Positions 1-11,727 of a DNA stretch of 64,000 nucleotides are shown here, one piece after another. The DNA is from an uncultured delta proteobacterium (GTDB lineage Bacteria; Desulfobacterota; RBG-13-43-22). A program made the translations under genes and the position numbers. The DNA lies in contig CAWDKY010000016.1 in assembly GCA_963802945.1 (NCBI GenBank), positions 64,001 to 128,000 on the forward strand, in the 5' to 3' direction. The notes beneath the pieces are model-generated. The model saw only the letters and a list, made by a program, of their open reading frames with translations. It had not been told where the DNA came from and did no database searches. Each line of letters opens with the position of its first letter. Positions within the stretch are counted from its first letter, which is position 1.

Positions 1-44
1 TGTGCTATTTGCCGTCTGGTTAAAAAAATTAGCGAAAGAACTAT

Positions 45-423
45 AACAGGGAGTGATCAATAACATCCTTTCGCCCATAGGCTTTTGGCTAACTAACCAG
101 AGACCCTACCCAAACCATCCCTTGAACTCCAGATAGACTTATCGGATTCCCAGCTTCCTTTCTAAGATCAGGATTTTGGGGTTTCCCCGGATCACTGATT
201 TAGATAAGAGAAGATCAGGATGCATAGGGAGTTGTATGTCTGACTTTTGGAAGTTATGTCCTTAGGTTACCACCTCTTGGCTTCATATCGCTCAACACGG
301 CCCCTATATCCCCCAGGAAATCAGTCCAAACAACACTAATCCTATAATTTAAACTCTGTTTTTTCTCCTTGACCCCTTTTGGGGCTTATTTTATACTCTT
401 AAAATAAAAAGGAAATTCTTATC
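45..423 (+). mobile_element. Decayed IS91/ISCR-family element 3' end (transposase tail plus ori end)
   Basis: Aligns by eye with the reverse complement of 38870-39270 (GTGATCAA..CAGAGACCC..CAGATAGACT..TCGGATTCCCAGCT). Ends in AAAAGGAAATTCTTATC. Confidence 0.75.
369..397 (+). promoter_or_regulatory. sigma70 promoter inside the IS91-like end, pointing into hit-lapA-mutS
   Basis: TTGACC-17 bp-TATACT. Confidence 0.7.
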
Positions 424-492
424 AAATTTTATAACTCCGTGTGTCTGCCGAAGGCAGGCCTGAAGGTTTAGCACGAAAATAAGGATGACAAT

Positions 493-984
493 ATGAAGGT
501 GTTGTGGGCTCCCTGGCGGATGGAATATATCGTGAATACTGGAAAAGAAAAGGCCTGCATCTTTTGTCCGGGTGAAAAAGTAAATCTGTCCGACCGATCC
601 ATCCTCTTTCTAGGAAAACGTTCCCTGGTCATGATGAACAAATATCCATATATTAACGGCCATGTATTGGTGGCCCCCTTAAGACATGTGGCCGTTTTGG
701 ATCAATTGGAAGAAACAGAAAAGGTTGCCCTGATGACCATGGTAAGTCATTCGGTTACCATTCTAAAAAAAACCATGGGCGCCGAAGGATTCAATGTGGG
801 TCTAAATCTGGGAAGGGTGGCCGGGGCCGGAGTGGAAGATCATCTCCATTTTCATGTTGTTCCCCGTTGGAAAGGGGACACCAATTTTATGACCGTCTTT
901 GGGGATCTCCGAGTGATCCCCGAACACATGGAACAAACCTATACCAGATTGCTTCCTTTTTTCAAGGAGGTCAAGGAGGAGTGA
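493..984 (+). CDS. HIT family hydrolase (Ap4A phosphorylase/FHIT-like)
   Basis: LWAPWRMEY, CIFC, NKYPY..GH and HLHFH histidine triad. Confidence 0.9.
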   Translation: MKVLWAPWRMEYIVNTGKEKACIFCPGEKVNLSDRSILFLGKRSLVMMNKYPYINGHVLVAPLRHVAVLDQLEETEKVALMTMVSHSVTILKKTMGAEGFNVGLNLGRVAGAGVEDHLHFHVVPRWKGDTNFMTVFGDLRVIPEHMEQTYTRLLPFFKEVKEE

Positions 985-985
985 C

Positions 986-1325
986 GTGCGAACCTTTAAA
1001 TTATATTTCTATGGTCTCCTTGTTTTGCTTTTTGTCATCTTTGTCATTCAAAATTATTCCACTTTAACTAATAGCGTCTCCCTTCGATTGAACCTGGGCA
1101 TCCTGGCCCTGGAATCGGTCCCTTTGCCGTTTTTCGTGATTGTGCCGGTTATCTTTTTTTGCCGGGCTTCTCCTGGCTACGGTTATCGGGTGGGTGGAAC
1201 GTCGCCGCCTGTCTAAGGAGATGAAGCAATTAAAAAGAAGCCTACGTGAGCCCGAACCTAAGGCGGTGCCTTATGAAGAAACACCCGCAACCTCCTTCTC
1301 CACCAGGCGAAACGGGAAAATTGAC
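986..1325 (+). CDS. LapA/DUF1049-family small membrane protein (frameshift near 1155)
   Basis: FVIQN motif, two TM segments and a basic coiled tail, split over ORFs 986..1216 and 1140..; end approximate. Confidence 0.65.
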
Positions 1326-1370
1326 TTCGGAAAGCAAAACCTCTATTCCCTCTTAATTCTTTTTTTGTTC

Positions 1371-3997
1371 ATGACTAAAATCACCCCCATGCTGGAACAA
1401 TATCTGGAGATCAAGGAAAAATACCGGGATTTTGTCCTTTTTTATCAGCTGGGGGATTTTTTTGAGATGTTTTATGAAGACGCTTTACTTGCCTCCCGGG
1501 TATTAGAGATCACCTTGACCTCCCGTCACAAAGGAGAACTAAGGATCAGGTTCCCATGTGCGGGGTCCCGATTCATGCCGTTTCCGGATACATTGCCCGC
1601 ATGGTGGAAAAAGGCTACAAGGTGGCCCTGTGCGAGCAAGTGGAAGACCCTAGCCCAGGCCAAAGGGATCGTGCAACCGTGAAGTGACCCGGCTGATCAC
1701 CCCGGGACTCTATATTGATGATAGTGCCCTTAAAAACAACCGTTATCTGTTAGGCCTGTCCTATCAGGAAACACGCTTCGGTCTGGCCTCGGTGGATTTG
1801 GCCACCGGAGAATTCAGGGTGACGGAAGTCAGCGAACAGGAAAAGGCCTTCGAAGAGATCGGCCGGATCAATCCTTCGGAAATCCTTGAATCAACCGGGC
1901 CTTAAAACAGAACCCTTCGGCCCAGCCTATTCTGGATCAACTTTCTCCTTATTTTCTGACCTATGGTGATGAGGGGACTTTTGAAAAGGGCAGGGCCGAA
2001 GATTTGCTGATCAAGCATTATCAGGTCCATACCCTGGCCGGCTTCGGGGCAGGTGCGTTAACCGAAGGCCTTCGGGCCGCAGGGGCCTTGCTTTTTTATC
2101 TGATGGAGACCCAGAAAGGAAGTGTTTCTCACCTCCAGCCCTTGCAGGTCTATCATCTTTCTCAATACATGATCCTGTCCGAGACCACCCAACGGCATCT
2201 GGAACTGACTCAGACCTTGTATCGGGGGACCCGTCAAGGATCCCTGATTTCGGTTCTCGATCAGACCATGACGGCCATGGGCAGCCGAAAACTCAAACAT
2301 TGGCTCAATTATCCCCTGCTGGATCTGGAAAAGATCCGTGGGCGGCAGGATCTGGTCGAGGCCTTTTTTGAAGATCCCATCCTGCGCCAGGCCCTTCGTT
2401 CCCATCTCAAGGAAATCTATGATATCGAACGGCTGGTGGCCAAGGTCTGTCTGAATCAGGCCGGGCCGAGGGACTTGGTGGCCTTAAAAAATTCCCTGGC
2501 CCATGTGCCGGCCATCGGCCGGATTCTTGAGGAAAGCTCCCATCCCCGGCTGAAAGAAATCGGGGCCGGAACGGATACCCTTCCTGAAGTGACCGATCTT
2601 ATTTCCAGGGCCGTTCTGGATGAACCTTCCTTGAATTGGAAAGACCCGGAGGCCCGGATTATCCGTCCGGGCTATCATGCCCAGTTAGACCGGTATTTAA
2701 CGGTCACCCGGGAAGGCAAAGAATGGATTGCACAATTGGAAGCCAAGGAGAGAAAACGGACCGGGATCAATTCCCTGAAGATAGGGTATAACCGGGTATT
2801 CGGTTATTATATCGAGGTCTCACGGCCCAACCTCCCGTCCGTTCCCTCCGACTATGAACGCAAACAGACCCTGGTCAACGGCGAACGTTTTCTGACCCCG
2901 GAACTCAAAGAATATGAAGTCATGGTTTTAGAGGCCGAAGAAAAACGTTGGCAACTGGAGGTTGAGCTTTTTCATGAGGTTCGACGGCAGATTGCCCAGG
3001 AAAGCCCCCGGCTGCAAAAAACAGCCGGACTGCTGTCCGATCTGGATGTCCTGACTTCCTTGGCCCAAACGGCCCAGGAAAACCGATACCAAAAACCTTT
3101 TCTGAATGAAACGGATGTCATTTCTTTAAAGGACAGCCGTCATCCGGTCATTGAAAAAAATCTGCCGGCCCAGCGTTTTGTCCCCAATTCTATTGAACTG
3201 GATAATGAAGAACAGCAGATGATCATCATCACCGGTCCCAACATGGCCGGTAAATCCACGATCCTGCGTCAGGTGGCCCTGATCTGTCTGATGGCCCAGA
3301 TGGGTTCCTTTGTCCCGGCAGAAAAGGCGGAGATCGGTTTGATCGATCAGATTTTTACCCGGGTAGGGCGCCTCGGATGATCTTTCCTCCGGTCAAAGCA
3401 CCTTTATGGTGGAAATGCAGGAAACGGCCCAGATCCTTCACCAGGCCACCGATCGGAGTCTGGTCTTGTTGGATGAAATCGGCCGGGGGACCAGCACCTT
3501 TGACGGTCTCAGTATCGCCTGGGCGGTGGCCGAATATCTTCATGACTTAAAAGGAAAAGGGGTTAAAACCCTTTTCGCCACCCATTACCATGAATTGACC
3601 GACTTGACCCAGACCAAAAAAAAGGTTAAGAACTATCATGTCTCGGTGAAAGAGTATAACCAGCAGATCATTTTTTTAAGGAAACTGCAAGAAGGGGGCA
3701 CGAGTCGAAGCTATGGGATTCAGGTGGCCAGGTTGGCCGGCATCCCTGTCCCGGTGATTGAAAGGGCCCGAGAGGTGCTGAAGAACCTGGAAAAGGGGGA
3801 ACTGGATTTCTGGGGTTTCCCTGCCCTGGCCTCTTCCAGCCGGGAACAAGGCCACTCATCCGGCCCAGATGGAACTCTTCTCCGAGGAGGGTCAGATGCT
3901 TCGGGAACGCATGAAGGCCCTTTCCATCGATGAAATGAGTCCCCTTCAGGCCTTACTGACTTTAAAGGAGTTGAAGGATCTCCTTGAAAAACAATAG
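1371..3997 (+). CDS. mutS: DNA mismatch repair protein MutS (several frameshifts)
   Basis: [43 protein letters not shown] and SYGIQVA spread across ORFs 1140..3933. Confidence 0.93.
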
Positions 3998-4020
3998 AAT
4001 TCAGAATAACATTAATATAA

Positions 4021-4116
4021 GGATTCAAGGAGTCAAGGGGCCAAGGACCCAGGGCGGAGTGAAAGGCGTGGAAGTAAAACCATTTGAACCCTGGAATCCT
4101 AGAATCCTTGAACCCT
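4021..4116. repeat. Degenerate 8-mer tandem repeats forming an inverted pair
   Basis: (GGATTCAA-like)n ... (TTGAACCC/TGGAATCC)n; similar run at 63681-63740. Confidence 0.6.
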
Positions 4117-4134
4117 ATTTTTAAACTAAAAAGT

Positions 4135-5908
4135 ATGAATAGTAATTTCGCCCAACGCCGAACGACCAAAGCTGAACGTTATTTTTATATTCATCTGTTC
4201 CCATTTAGCTTGATCCTCATACTGATCGTCATGAGTTGGGTTTTTGAAGGAGCGTTCCACAAGGTCTGTTCCACTTCGGTGGACCAGGAAATAGAGACTA
4301 AATACAACCAGACCAGAGAGGCCTTCTTTGCCCTCGACAAGTCTCCTCAAAGGAAACAGCGCCAACATTGGCAGCCCATGATCGAGGGATTTAAGGAGAT
4401 CTACAAACAGCATCCTCAGACCCCCTGGGGAGAAAAATCCATGTTCATGGTGGGCCGGGTTGCCTATGTCCTTTTTCAATGGTCAGGGATGGAACCCGAT
4501 CTGGACCTGGCCCTCGATCATTTTTCACGCTTCGTCAATCATTATCCACAAAGCCCCCTGGCGGACGACGCCCTCTTTTTTAGCGCAGAAATTTATTTTC
4601 TACACAAGAAAGACCTGGAAAAGGCCCGTCAAACCATTCTTGACTTTGATCAAAGAGTATCCGAAAGGGGACATGAAAAAGCGGGCTGAAGAATTGTTAA
4701 AGGCCATGGACAAGAGCAACCTTTTATCCGAAGCGGATAAAACCGATCTGTTCAAAGAAGAGGAATCTATTGAAAACAATAAGGCTTCGGAAGGGACAGA
4801 GCGCCTGTGGAAAACCTACCCGCAGGTTACCGGCCTGCGTCATTGGTCCACTCCTTTTTATACCCGGGTTGCCGTGGACGTTGAAGGTAAGATTGCCTAT
4901 CGTCAGAAACTGCTGAAAAAGGATCCGTCGATCGAGAAACCGGAAAGGCTGTATCTGGATCTATATCCGGCCCGCTTGGCCTTAGGCACTTCCCCTTTAA
5001 CCATTCAGGATGGACTGCTCAGGGGGGCCAGAATAGGTCAGTTCAACGGATCAACCGTTCGACTGGTCCTGGATATCGAGAGCATCAAAGGATATAAAAT
5101 ATTTTTCCTGGAAAATCCCTTCCGGTTGATCGTCGATGTTTCCGGCAAAGAAAAAATCGTTGCCCAACCTGTCGAACCTCCCAGCCGGGAAAAGAAACTT
5201 TCTTTGGCCCAGCAGTTGGGATTGGGGGTTAAACGCATTATCATCGATCCCGGGCATGGAGGTAAGGACAAAGGGGCCATCGGCAAGAACGGCCTGTACG
5301 AAAAAGACCTGACCTTGAAAATAGCCCAAAAATTATCTCAACGGATTAAACAGGACCTGAATATTGAGGCCTTGCTGACCCGGGATTCGGATCGCTTTAT
5401 CCCTCTGGAAGAGAGAACGGCCATAGCCAATACCCGGCATGCCGACCTGTTTGTCTCCATTCATGTCAATGCCAGCCCCAATTCTCAGGCCGAAGGGATC
5501 GAGACCTACTTCTTAAACCTGGCCACCGACGAAGAATCCATCCGGGTGGCGGCCTTTGAAAATGCCACCTCGACCAAGCGGATCAGTGACATGCAAAAGA
5601 TACTCAAGGATCTGATGCTGAATACCAAGATCGATGAATCTTCCCGTTTGGCCGGTCACCTTCAACAAAACGTTATTCAGTCCTTGAATGAAAAATATTC
5701 CCCGATCAAAAATCTCGGGGTCAAGCAGGCCCCGTTCTATGTCCTTATCGGGGCCCAGATGCCCGCTATTTTGGTGGAAACCTCTTTTATCTCCAATGAC
5801 CGGGAAAGAGAACTCTTAGGTCAGGAGGATTATCTGGATCATATCGTCACTGGTCTTTTGAAAGGGATCGAGGGCTATATCAAAGAAATCAAATTGGCTG
5901 GGTTATAA
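4135..5908 (+). CDS. N-acetylmuramoyl-L-alanine amidase (TPR + AMIN + Amidase_3), frameshift near 4645
   Basis: IIIDPGHGGKDKGA, FVSIHVNA, AILVETSFISN; N-terminal BamD-like TPR (YPQSPLADDA). Confidence 0.88.
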
Positions 5909-5943
5909 GGAAAGGAAATTGAATTTCCTGGATTCCGGCTGGA

Positions 5944-6085
5944 GAGACTGTGTCGTAATAGCGGACAGCGCCATCAAAGCCGTCATGCCGGCGAAAGCCG
6001 GCATCCAGAACTTAATGAAAATACTGGATTCCGTGTCGCGCTTCGCTTGCACGGAATGACAAAAATATAATTGCGACACAGTCTC
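5944..6085. mobile_element. MITE with 16-bp TIRs and GGA target duplication, carrying an internal REP-like element
   Basis: GAGACTGTGTCGTAAT ... ATTGCGACACAGTCTC, flanked by GGA on both sides; internal GTCATGCCGGCGAAAGCCGGCATCCAG...CGGAATGAC. Confidence 0.75.
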
Positions 6086-6182
6086 GGAGCCAGAATGACC
6101 AAAAAGGAATGGGGATTATTTGCCTTCTGGAAGTTGAGGCAGCAAAGATTTAAGATTCTCTCCCCTATGTTTGGGACAATAC

Positions 6183-8100
6183 TCAATCGGTTGAGTCCCG
6201 GCCACATAAGAATTCTTCCTGTTTTATTGGACAGTCCGGAGCCGCTAAATAGCCAGTGGTGGGATCAATCAAGGCCGATACGACTGTATCCGGCTGAGGG
6301 AAGTCCATAACCGGTTTATCGGCCAAAACCGAGCGCATAAACCGGGCCCAGATCGGTGCACAGATCGCCCCTCCGGTAAAACCTTTTCCTCCGGGTCTGG
6401 GTTTGTCATAACCCACCCAAACACCCGCTATGACCTGGGGAGTATAACCGATAAACCAGGCATCCCGATAATCATCGGTGGTGCCTGTCTTGCCGGCGGC
6501 CGGTCGTTCCTGGCTGAAGCTGTTGATGGATTTGGCCGTTCCATAAATCAGCACATCCTTAAGCATCTGAGTCGTAATAAAGGCGATGGCCGGAGAAAGG
6601 ACGGGATTAACTGCCGGATGGATTTTCAATCCAGGTATTATGGTTTTTATCAAAAATACGGACAATCGTTCTGGCCTCAGGACGCAAGCCGCCGTTGGCC
6701 AGAGGGGTGTAAGCCAATACCAGATCATTTAAAGTCACTTCTTCGGTTCCCAGGGCCAAGGAGAGGTCATTGGGGGAACGTAAAGAAAGGCCCAGAGACC
6801 CGGCAAAGTTGACGAAATAAGGGACCCCGATGTTCTCCAGCAATTTAACCGTGATGATATTGTTGGAATAAGCCAGGGCCTGCCGCAGGGAAAGCGTTCC
6901 ATAGAGCTTTCTTTCATAGTTCAGGGGTTTCCAAATTTCATTATTGCCTCGGTTATAACCCACCGGTGTATCATTCCACAGAGAGCTGGGAAGAATCCCT
7001 TTATCCAGGGCGGCGGCATAGATGATGGGTTTAATGGCCGAGCCGGGCTGCCGCTTGGCCAAGAAGGCACGATTGTAGGGATTCTGTTTAAAATCGACCC
7101 CACCGACGGCCGCCAGGACATCCCCTGTATTGGGATCCAAACATATCAAAGCACCCTGCAGCCCTGAGGAAATTTTTCTGACCCCTTCGCTCAAGACCTT
7201 TTCAGCCAGCCTTTGCATGGGCAGATCCATGGAAGTGGTGACTTCCAAACCGCCTTGTTCGATGATCTCCGGCCCATATCTTTCGATTAACTTGTTCCGA
7301 ACATGGGCCAGATAATACGGGGCTTCCCCGGGTTTTATAACCGAAATAGGACGGCTCCTTAAATGGTCTCCCTGGTGCGGCGAGATCATCTTGAGTTCCA
7401 CCATGCGTTGAATAACCAAATTTCTCCGGTCCCGGATCTTGGCCGATTCGGCTAAGGGATTAAACTTTGATGGGGCTTTGGGAACCCCGGCCAGCAAGGC
7501 GCATTCGGCCTCGTTTAATTCCTCCGGATTTTTATCAAAATAGAGTTGAGCGGCCTGGGCAAGACCCCAAGCCCCATTTCCAAAAAAAACCTCATTGAAG
7601 TACATTTCCAAAATCTGAGGCTTGGTGTATTTACGTTCATATTCCAAAGCCAGGAGACTTTCCTTGACCTTCCGCTGGAAGGTTTTCTCCCCGGAAAGGA
7701 GCCTATTTTTAATCAACTGCTGGGTGATGGTCGAACCCCCTTGGGCTATTTTTCCTTTAACCACATTTTTAACCAACGCCCTGGCAATCCCTCGAATGTC
7801 AATCCCTTTATGTTCGTAAAAACGGGCGTCTTCAATAGCTACCAGGGCCTTTTGCAGGAAAGTGGGAATCCGGTCGATGGGAACCCAGTATCTTTTTTCC
7901 GGAAGGATCCGGCCCACAAACCTTCCCTGGTTGTCAAAGACTTTGATGGTGATATAACGGGGCGGCAGAGGGGGAAAGTTGGCCGTTTTTTCCTGGGCCC
8001 AGGTTAAAGATCCGGAGGCGACAATAAAAAACGAAAACATCAAGGCGAAAAAAAACCATTTTTTAAAAATAGCCATAACCTTGGCGAAAAAAGCGACCAC
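6183..8100 (-). CDS. Class A penicillin-binding protein (PBP1A family), frameshift near 6680
   Basis: EDARF, QGGSTITQQL, RQPGSAIKP (SxxK), SNN and GKTGT motifs. Confidence 0.9.
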
Positions 8101-8153
8101 GCCTTCCTAAGTAAAATGGATTTAATTTGAAATAAAAAATTATAACAAATTTC

Positions 8154-8182
8154 TTGACAAAACAACTAAAAAAAAATAGCTT
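8154..8182 (+). promoter_or_regulatory. sigma70 promoter for the tRNA pair
   Basis: TTGACA-17 bp-TAGCTT. Confidence 0.55.
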
Positions 8183-8195
8183 TATTTCTTTTGTT

Positions 8196-8271
8196 GGGCC
8201 GTTAACTCAGGCGGTAGAGTATCTGCCTTTTAAGCAGAGAGTCGCTGGTTCGAGTCCAGCACGGCCCACCA
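8196..8271 (+). tRNA. tRNA-Lys(TTT)
   Basis: Cloverleaf, anticodon loop CTTTTAA, GGTTCGAGTCC, encoded CCA. Confidence 0.96.
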
Positions 8272-8276
8272 TGCGC

Positions 8277-8354
8277 GTCCCCATCGTCTAGCCTGGCCCA
8301 GGACACCGGCCTTTCACGCCGGCAACACGAGTTCAAATCTCGTTGGGGACGCCA
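8277..8354 (+). tRNA. tRNA-Glu(TTC)
   Basis: GTCCCCA/TGGGGAC acceptor stem, anticodon arm CCGGC-CTTTCAC-GCCGG, CCA. Confidence 0.96.
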
Positions 8355-8424
8355 AAGTATATCGTAGGATTAGTCGATTTAGCTAACCCTTTATTTTTTC
8401 CCGGTGACCAAAAAAAGTACTTAT

Positions 8425-8667
8425 TAACAGGTTGCTGAAAAAGGCCCATCTATCCCGCCAACGGCGGGATTGCCCTCATCCTTCCCCGCCTTTCGACGGG
8501 GCAGGCTTATTACGACGTACTTCTGTGTATTCCTCATTCTTCAGAATTTCTTCGCGTAAAAGCAACGCTCAGTCCCACCCCTTCGTGGCGGGTTCCCGGT
8601 TTAGGGCGCCTTGTATCTGAACCTTTTTGAGCAACTTGTAAAAATGAGTTTTCCCGCAAACCTATTA
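8425..8667. mobile_element. Non-autonomous MITE-like repeat
   Basis: CAGGTTGCTGAAAAAGG ... CCTTTTTGAGCAACTTG inverted ends plus a second degenerate end near 8650-8665; no credible ORF; three embedded GC-rich hairpins. Confidence 0.6.
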
Positions 8668-8674
8668 ATTCAAC

Positions 8675-9839
8675 CTATGCTCTTTTAAGGATAGTAAAAA
8701 CCGCATTGGGACCGGCGCCGCTGCTATGGCAAATGCCGATCCGGGCTCCTTCAACCTGCCGCGGCCCGGCTGTCTCCCGCAATTGTGTGATAACCTCGGC
8801 GATCTGCCGGGCCCCCGTGGCTCCCAGAGGGATGTCCGCACCCGACCAGGCCTCCGTCGGTGTTGGCCGGAAGCTTCCCGTCGATGTCAAAGTAGCCTTC
8901 CTTAAGCAGGCGCGGCGACTCGCCGGGTTGGCAGAAACCCATGTCCTCAATGTCCGTAAGAAAGGCCGGCGCCATCGCTTCATAGACTTGAATAAGGTCC
9001 ATATCCTCCGGCCCGTAGCCGGAGATTTCCCAGGCCTGTCTCACGCCCTCTTTGACCAGGTTGGCGGTCGCCTTGAACTTTACGCTCCCCTCCCCGTAAA
9101 TTCCGGTGGTGTGCACCGAGGCCGCCACCTCGATCTTTTTGGTCCGGGAAATGCTGGATTTGAGTTTGTCCCCGCTGCAAAGGATGATGGCCACCGCTCC
9201 ATCCACCATGGCTGCGGCGTGCATTAGGCGCACCGGAGCAGCCACGACGCGGGAATTGATGACATCTTCGATAGTCACCTCTCCGCCCTGATACCACCGG
9301 GCATAGGGGTTCTGATTGGCGTTCTTGCGCTCCAGCACCACCACCCTGGCCAAATCTTCCTCCGTGGCCCCGTAGTTTTCCATATAGCGCACAACCCCCT
9401 GGGCATAGTTGGCCGGCTGCACGTTGAATCCCAGCGCCAGTTCCCAGGGTTTGAAGGCGGTGCTGGCCAGCAGGCCGCGGCCCATTTTTTCAAAACCCAA
9501 AACAGCTACCACATCATAAATTTCGGTCGCCACCATCAGATAGGCCAGCCGAAAGGCAGCCGAAGAACTGGAGCAGGCCTGCTCCATATTGATGATCGGG
9601 ATGCCGGTGAGTCCCACCTCGGCAATCACCTGATGGCCCTTTCCGGTTCCGGCATAGACGTTTCCGCAAAACGCCGCCTGGACATCCTTCCATTCCATCT
9701 CAGATTCATCCAGGCAGTTTAAAAGGGCCTGGCTGGCGAAGTCATAGTATTCCTGGTCTTCATAGCGCTGAAAGCGGACCCGGCCCAGCCCTCCGATATA
9801 TACCTTCCGCATGGCTCTTAATTCGCTTATGGATTTCAT
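8675..9839 (-). CDS. Thiolase-like protein (SCP2/lipid-transfer type), frameshift near 8850
   Basis: NMEQACSSS, DGAVAIIL, NTDGG..GHP.GATG. Confidence 0.85.
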
Positions 9840-9858
9840 TGGCGTAAGCTCCTTTCTC

Positions 9859-10290
9859 CTATTCCTGTACCGGCCTGAATTTATGGGCCAGGACTTTGTT
9901 ACCCTCTTCATCGACCCCGAGTTCTTCAATCACCAGTTCCACGGGCATGCCGATGTGCAGTTTATTGAAATCGCCTCCCGTAAACATCGCCTGGACCCTT
10001 ACGTTCGGCAGATTGATCCAGCCGTAAGCGTAGGGGGCCTTGCCCAGGAAGAATTTCGCGGGTTGCTGCATGATGACGCTGAAGCTGTGGATTTTCCCCT
10101 GGCGGTCAAGTTTCACGTCTTTCAGGCCCCGATGGCCGCAGCGAATGCAGACCCCTTTTTCTCTTTTGGGGAAGAACACCTCTCCGCAGGCGGTACACTC
10201 GCTTCCGATCAATTGCGGCTTCTCATCAGGAGAGGCTGGGGTGGTCCACAATCCCTCCCGGACTGGTATGGTTTTTTGAACATCAGTCAT
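9859..10290 (-). CDS. Zn-ribbon/OB-fold protein (DUF35)
   Basis: CTACGEVFFP..CIRCG, G.IHSFSVI, PYAYGWINL, IGMPVE. Confidence 0.88.
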   Translation of the reverse strand: MTDVQKTIPVREGLWTTPASPDEKPQLIGSECTACGEVFFPKREKGVCIRCGHRGLKDVKLDRQGKIHSFSVIMQQPAKFFLGKAPYAYGWINLPNVRVQAMFTGGDFNKLHIGMPVELVIEELGVDEEGNKVLAHKFRPVQE

Positions 10291-10350
10291 CTGTTATGAT
10301 TCTCCTTCCTTAATATGTGATACCTTCAAAGCCAAATGATGTTGTTGGTA

Positions 10351-10420
10351 TTTGGTATAAGGTCCACGGTATAAGGTTTAAGGTTTCCTCGAACCGTAAA
10401 CCTTGGACCTTGAACCTTTC
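10351..10420. repeat. Degenerate heptamer tandem/inverted repeat
   Basis: (GGTATAA/GGTTTAA)n ... (ACCTTGA/ACCGTAA)n. Confidence 0.55.
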
Positions 10421-10422
10421 TT

Positions 10423-11587
10423 TTACGCAAACGCCCTCATCCCCAGGGTTTCACGGCCCACGATCAACTGTTGGATCTGAGTGGTCCCATCAGGAATCGT
10501 ATAACAGCGGGCGTCCCTGAAATAGCGCTCCACAGGATATTCTTCCGAAAGTCCGTAGGCCCCGTGAATCTGAATGGCCTTGGAGGTTACCCTGACCGCA
10601 GCCTCGGTGCAAAAGGCCTTGGCTAATGAGCATTCCTTATAGCAGCGGACCCCTTTGCCCAATAAAAAGAAGGCCCGATAGGCCAGAAATCTTCCGGCAT
10701 CGATATCGGCCATCATATCGGCGATCATGGCCTGGATCAACTGAAACTGGCCGATGGGTTTGCCGAACTGGGTCCGTTCCTTGGCGTAGCGAATCGAGGC
10801 ATCCAGGGAGGCCTGGGCCACACCGACCGCTGATATGGAGGCATTGGCCCGGGCGAAGTTCAATGAATCCAAGGGCTCACCCGTGACTGTTTTCTTTGGG
10901 CCTTAGCAGGTTTTCTTTGGGAACTCGGCAGTCTTCAAAGATAAGCTCGGCCGTAGGAAAGGATTTGACCCCTAATTTATGGATCTCCCGGGAGGTAAAG
11001 GGAGATTGGGCCTTTTCGACCAGGATCTGTGCCGGACGTTGTTTGCCGGTGGAGGGATCGACAATCTTCAGTGTCACAACGACATAATCGGCAATCGTTC
11101 CATTGGATATCCACATCTTGGTTCCGTTGATCACATACTGGTCTCCATCCAGGACGGCCTTGGTCTCTATCGCGGCCGTGTCTGAGCCCACGTTGGGTTC
11201 GGTAATGGCGCTGCAGATAATGGTGTCTCCATTTAAAAGACCCGGAAGGATCCTTTTTTTCAATTCCAGGTTTCCCGAATTGGCGATCCTGCCGGCCGAG
11301 GCGGAGGTGATGCCCACTATGCCCCCCAGCGAGGCATATCCACGTCGGAGTTCTTCAAAAAGGATCGGCCATTCCATATGGGTCAAGCCCGGCCCTCCGT
11401 CTTCCTCGGACACCAGGGTGCCCACGTATCCAAACTCCTTGAGGTCTTTGAGGAAGCGATGGGCATCCTCCTTGCTCATCGGGCCTTTGCGGTCATATTC
11501 ATCGGCGATAGGCACGATCTTTTCATTGATGTACCGCCTGACGGTTTCCTGTAGCATCTTCTGTTCATCAGTAAAATCAAAATTCAT
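10423..11587 (-). CDS. Acyl-CoA dehydrogenase (frameshift near 10875)
   Basis: ITEPNVGSD, INGTKMWISNG, RTQFGKPIGQFQ, QIHGAYG. Confidence 0.9.
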
Positions 11588-11607
11588 TGTTTTTCTCCTT
11601 TTTAGAA

Positions 11608-11725
11608 TAGGCCATTAGGCTGAAGACTGAAGGTAAGTCAAATGCATTCCCTTAACGTCCTTCGTCATTCAGCCTGCATTTCTGTATTGCCATTCAGTCT
11701 AATACCCGTCAGTCTTCAGTCTGCC
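11608..11725. repeat. Degenerate heptamer inverted repeat
   Basis: GGCTGAA GACTGAA ... TTCAGTC repeats. Confidence 0.45.
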
Positions 11726-11727
11726 TT

